Shown here in pieces: positions 15,844-18,965 of a stretch of DNA of 18,965 bases (positions are counted from its first letter, which is position 1; each line of letters opens with the position of its first letter). The position numbers were made by a program, and so were the translations under genes. Below the pieces are notes generated by a model. That model was given only the letters and a program-made list of their open reading frames with translations, had not been told where the DNA came from and did no database searches. Source of the DNA: Bdellovibrionia bacterium (GTDB taxonomy: Bacteria > Bdellovibrionota > UBA1018); assembly GCA_049424145.1 (NCBI GenBank), contig JBMSSC010000043.1, positions 1 to 18,965 of the forward strand, given 5' to 3'.

Positions 15844-16401
15844 TTAAGATCCCCAGCCGTGAGGGCAATCCTCTTGGTCCGCCAATTCAATGACCTGGTG
15901 GATGGCGGTGAGAAGCTGACTGGCTGTTTGGGAATTCGATAGGATTCCACAGATCTCCGCTCCCCTGAGCTCAAAGAGGGTCATGGTTTTTCCGTCCTTG
16001 AGTTTCAGCTGAACACTCCCGTCTAAATAGCGGGGCGTTTCAGGGACGGGAAAACAGAGTCCCTCTTGAAGGTGCGACGCAGTGGCTGCAGCATTCGCGC
16101 CTAAGGCGAGAGGGTTCCAGGTGTTCAGTGCGATGGCGCCATAGGCCTCTCTGCCACAGGCATTTCGAGAGGTTGCAAAGTGCGCGGCGGGAGAGACGCG
16201 AGTTTTAGCCGAGTTCGCAAGAATCACCATTTCGTCCCAACCTGAAGCGTAAGTAAGAGGAGGGGAGCTCGGTGTGACCGCAGGGAGGGGTTCTGAGGGC
16301 TGTGCCGTTTGAGGAGAGTCTTCAATCTTGGGGTCCCGGATGGTGAGAAAACAACCTGAAGTAAAGAGGGTGAATGCAAGCGCAATCCAAACGTTGAACA
16401 T
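15844..16401 (-). CDS. Hypothetical lipoprotein (185 aa)
   Basis: AAGGTGG SD before ATG 16401; MFNVWIALAFTLFTSGC lipoprotein-type signal; Pro/Ser-rich tether after the Cys. Confidence 0.75.
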   Translation of the reverse strand: MFNVWIALAFTLFTSGCFLTIRDPKIEDSPQTAQPSEPLPAVTPSSPPLTYASGWDEMVILANSAKTRVSPAAHFATSRNACGREAYGAIALNTWNPLALGANAAATASHLQEGLCFPVPETPRYLDGSVQLKLKDGKTMTLFELRGAEICGILSNSQTASQLLTAIHQVIELADQEDCPHGWGS

Positions 16402-16450
16402 AGATTCCACCTTGTTGGCTCAGGTTTTTTCAGCTGGGTTCCCATGAAAT

Positions 16451-16466
16451 TGCAAGTCGAGTGCCT
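16451..16466 (-). promoter_or_regulatory. Sigma54 promoter for the 185-aa lipoprotein
   Basis: Minus strand AGGCAC-TCGAC-TTGCA; predicted +1 about 16440, 39 nt before the ATG. Confidence 0.72.
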
Positions 16467-16501
16467 GGTTCGGATCCTCTGGTTCGGGTCCGATGAGTCG
16501 G

Positions 16502-16543
16502 GGAAGAAGGAGTTCCGGATGGCTTCCCTTCGCTCCTTCTTCC
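16502..16543. repeat. Inverted repeat between the two lipoprotein genes
   Basis: GGAAGAAGGAG / CTCCTTCTTCC perfect 11-bp arms with a 20-nt loop, about 40 nt past the upstream stop codon. Confidence 0.6.
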
Positions 16544-16582
16544 TGATGACTGGGGCTCTGAATTGTGATTTTTGTCTCACCC

Positions 16583-17470
16583 CTACTGAACAGCACCTGC
16601 GGGAGCTTGGCAGACGCCGAGAGCGCAAACAGGAGCGCGATTATTGGGCTGAAACCCGAGCTGCTGAGTGCAGTCGGCACGCATCCATCGATCGGCACAA
16701 TTCGTCCGTAGTTCTTGGATGGACTCTAGGATTTGATCGGCTTGTTTTTTCACCGAAGATAAATTGCCCACGGCCAAGGGGCGTAGCACGCTACAGTCAT
16801 CAGTAATGACGTACTCCGAGCTCTGGTTGGCAATTGGATTTAATGTGGCATCCAAGTAAATACAATCAGAGTCCGTAGCGCAGCTTTGAGCGGAGCTTAG
16901 GAGCTTTTGCACGAGCGGAGCGCCATCGAGACAGGAATCGGGAAACGGCAGAGCGTAGTATTTGAGTGCTAATTTTCGGATGATCTGATGAATGCTCTTG
17001 GCTTCCTCAGAGGAGACATTTTGAAAGTAAAAATCAGCTCCTGCCGTTTTCAGAAGCACGGCCTGCGTGTTGGCGCGGGTGAAGGTCACTGTGTCATCAC
17101 TTTCTCCTGCCGTGATGCTTTCATGTTTTTCCTCTGAAGCGCTCACTCCCGCTAACATCGTGCTTAACGCCTGATTGACTGAGGCCAATTCTTCGGCATT
17201 TAAAGATCCAGTTCGGATTTCATTCTTAGGTCCGGGACCCATTTGATAAGTTCCATCCGGCATCACTGCAAATCCAAACTCTCCGACACAATTTTCATGG
17301 TTCACCGCTTCGGGACATTGGGACTGAAGTTTCAGTTCCCATTTTGAATTCAGCCCCGAGTCCTGTGCGGGCGGACCCACAGGACTCGTATTCTTCTCTG
17401 AATTGGAATTACAGCCCGCAAAAACGCTTCCGACACAAAGCGCAGTGAGGAGCGCAAGTGTGTTTCTCAT
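16583..17470 (-). CDS. Hypothetical lipoprotein (295 aa) with Cys-rich C-terminal domain
   Basis: AGGAGG SD; MRNTLALLTALCVGSVFAGC lipobox; C-terminal CATDSDC...DDC...NC...DC...PVCALGVC. Confidence 0.85.
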   Translation of the reverse strand: MRNTLALLTALCVGSVFAGCNSNSEKNTSPVGPPAQDSGLNSKWELKLQSQCPEAVNHENCVGEFGFAVMPDGTYQMGPGPKNEIRTGSLNAEELASVNQALSTMLAGVSASEEKHESITAGESDDTVTFTRANTQAVLLKTAGADFYFQNVSSEEAKSIHQIIRKLALKYYALPFPDSCLDGAPLVQKLLSSAQSCATDSDCIYLDATLNPIANQSSEYVITDDCSVLRPLAVGNLSSVKKQADQILESIQELRTNCADRWMRADCTQQLGFQPNNRAPVCALGVCQAPAGAVQ

Positions 17471-17539
17471 AAAAACCTCCTAGGTGAGAAAAAAATTAAG
17501 CGGCTCTCGGGATCAGCCGCATGAATCGGCGCGGAATTG

Positions 17540-17555
17540 TGCAAACGACATGCCT
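17540..17555 (-). promoter_or_regulatory. Sigma54 promoter for the 295-aa lipoprotein
   Basis: Minus strand AGGCAT-GTCGT-TTGCA; predicted +1 about 17529. Confidence 0.7.
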
Positions 17556-17571
17556 GGCTTATACTGGATCG

Positions 17572-18303
17572 ATGACGAGAAAAATTTGGAGTCAGGTTCT
17601 CAGTGGGGTGTTCATGGGTCTTGCTTTTCTCAATGCGTGTGCCATCGCTCAAAAATCAGAGACGCATTCGGTGAAATCGCTTTTGTTGTATCCGTTGAGG
17701 GTGAGGCAACTCCTCGCCCAGGACTCAGGGCGATCTGAGTCTTTTTTTGAAAGCCCTTATCCGGTTTTAGACCCCCAGTGCCTGCCCCTGTCCACGTGGT
17801 TTCAGTCTGTTTCTCTTTCCGCACTTCGCCAATGCCTGGAGGAGACGCAACAGAACGAGGAGTTTCCTAAACTGACTTATGTACTGAAGACGCTGAAGCC
17901 GCCTATGGGCCGTGGGGAATCCGTTTTTGAGCTGGATACTTCTCAGCCTATTTCTGAGTGCATGCGCAAGGAGTTACCCTTTTTCTCCTTGCCCCAAGAG
18001 ATGATTTTTCAGGCGCGTGATGGGGTGGGACGCCTTCAGTGCTATTCGGCTCGTCTTTCTGGAGTTCAAGAGGGGTTTTTGTTTTCCTCAAGAACTCAGC
18101 TGAGCGTGAGCTTTCCCCTTTCTCCTTTTCCTGAGGGAGATCCCCAAATGCTTCAGCTCTTGGGCAGTTGGATTGCTTCCGCTTTTTTCAACCTGGAGGG
18201 ACGGATTGAGTCCTCGCTCCTACCCGAGCGGGAGTGTCAGCGGTGTTTAGGGGAGAAGAACCTCTTTTCCCCCTTGGATCCCCTGCCTCCATTTTGGCCA
18301 TAG
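17572..18303 (+). CDS. Hypothetical protein, possible lipoprotein with several Cys
   Basis: Long ORF divergent from the lipoprotein pair. ATG 17572 gives MTRKIWSQVLSGVFMGLAFLNAC (lipobox-like) and avoids overlapping the divergent promoter. The SD is weak. Confidence 0.65.
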   Translation: MTRKIWSQVLSGVFMGLAFLNACAIAQKSETHSVKSLLLYPLRVRQLLAQDSGRSESFFESPYPVLDPQCLPLSTWFQSVSLSALRQCLEETQQNEEFPKLTYVLKTLKPPMGRGESVFELDTSQPISECMRKELPFFSLPQEMIFQARDGVGRLQCYSARLSGVQEGFLFSSRTQLSVSFPLSPFPEGDPQMLQLLGSWIASAFFNLEGRIESSLLPERECQRCLGEKNLFSPLDPLPPFWP

Positions 18304-18335
18304 CATTGGATTAGAAGCTGAGGTAAGCTCCGCGC

Positions 18336-18617
18336 ATGTCGACTTGGATGATTGTTAGTTGGGTATTTGTGATTCTTTTAACGGGAATTAATATTTTTGT
18401 TTTTCTGAAGCTCAAGGACGCCAGTGAGCAAATGATGAAGATGGCGTTTCCAGGGGCAAAAAATATGAATGAAGCCATGGCTCGAATGCAATCCATGATG
18501 CAAGGGATGAATCGCGGTCCTCAAAGAGGAGGCGGGGGAGGAAGACCGCAGATGGATGCCCAACTGAAAGCAGCCATGGACATGCTTCAAAAGATGCAGA
18601 AGCCTGGGAAGCGCTAA
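18336..18617 (+). CDS. Small membrane-anchored Met/Gln/Gly-rich protein (93 aa)
   Basis: N-terminal TM segment WMIVSWVFVILLTGINIFVFL; 15 Met in 93 aa; GAGG upstream; followed by a strong hairpin. Confidence 0.75.
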   Translation: MSTWMIVSWVFVILLTGINIFVFLKLKDASEQMMKMAFPGAKNMNEAMARMQSMMQGMNRGPQRGGGGGRPQMDAQLKAAMDMLQKMQKPGKR

Positions 18618-18625
18618 GCTTTCCC

Positions 18626-18664
18626 TCATCCTAGGCAAAACGCATGGCATTTTGCCTAGGATGA
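18626..18664. terminator. Perfect 15-bp hairpin between convergent genes (probable bidirectional terminator)
   Basis: TCATCCTAGGCAAAA-CGCATGGCA-TTTTGCCTAGGATGA. Confidence 0.7.
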
Positions 18665-18681
18665 ATGAGTGGGTCAGTGGA

Positions 18682-18965
18682 TCAACGATTTTTGTAGTTG
18701 GCTAAAAGGTGGGAGAAAAGCTGGTTCAACTCCTGCTCGGTTTCTTGAGGTTCACCTAAGGCCACAAGAGACATTCCAATGGCCTCTAATGTGGAGAGGC
18801 ACTCCCGGCGAGGCTCTTTTCTCAGTTCGCGGTAGAGGGATCGGGTTTGAGGAACAAGAACGGCCCGCTTGAGTTTCAAAAGCCAGGGGTTTCTCCACCA
18901 CAGGGTTTTTGCCTGGCTCCAGGTTCCATCTAAAACCACCAGCCCTTCGAGTTCTTCAGGGGGGT
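18682..18965 (-). CDS. DTW-domain protein (tRNA-uridine aminocarboxypropyltransferase, TapT-like), 5'-partial
   Basis: VVLDGTWSQAK (DXTW motif) and LRKEPRRECLSTLEA; the frame is open to the window edge. Confidence 0.88.
   Translation of the reverse strand, partial: PPEELEGLVVLDGTWSQAKTLWWRNPWLLKLKRAVLVPQTRSLYRELRKEPRRECLSTLEAIGMSLVALGEPQETEQELNQLFSHLLANYKNR

Noticed and set aside
18295..18310. TGGCCA-TAGCA-TTGGA upstream of the 93-aa ORF
   Set aside because: GG replaces GC at -12 and it overlaps the previous stop codon; too weak to call.
406..18872. Many 60-150 aa ORFs antisense to or out of frame within the main genes (e.g. 2688-3146, 3675-4082, 6838-7185, 16224-16628)
   Set aside because: Shadow ORFs overlapping well-supported genes, with no recognisable motifs.

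Overview
Probably chromosomal DNA from a Bdellovibrionota-like bacterium (inferred from gene content and synteny; no database search was run). (1) 1-4414: tadA/cpaF (5'-partial), tadB, a secreted YD/RHS-repeat protein with no toxin tip, and an 85-aa secreted low-complexity protein. This matches my recollection of the Bdellovibrio bacteriovorus 'hit' locus order (bd0111-bd0110-bd0109-bd0108), and a Nuc-like PLD gene follows it. (2) 5299-10942: leucine-catabolism genes, with liuB divergent from liuC, a split liuD and liuE. (3) 11028-17555: a DksA/TraR gene, about 1.5 kb of poorly coding structured DNA, a PAS histidine kinase with a degenerate ATP-binding domain, an AlgB/NtrC-type sigma54 activator and two apparently paralogous lipoproteins. 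Five GG-N10-GC sigma54-type motifs lie in this block. Four precede ORFs and one precedes a ~280-nt hairpin-rich, terminator-ended segment that may be an sRNA. (4) 17572-18965: a putative lipoprotein, a Met-rich small membrane protein and the 3' part of a DTW-domain gene. No rRNA, tRNA, CRISPR array or transposase was seen.
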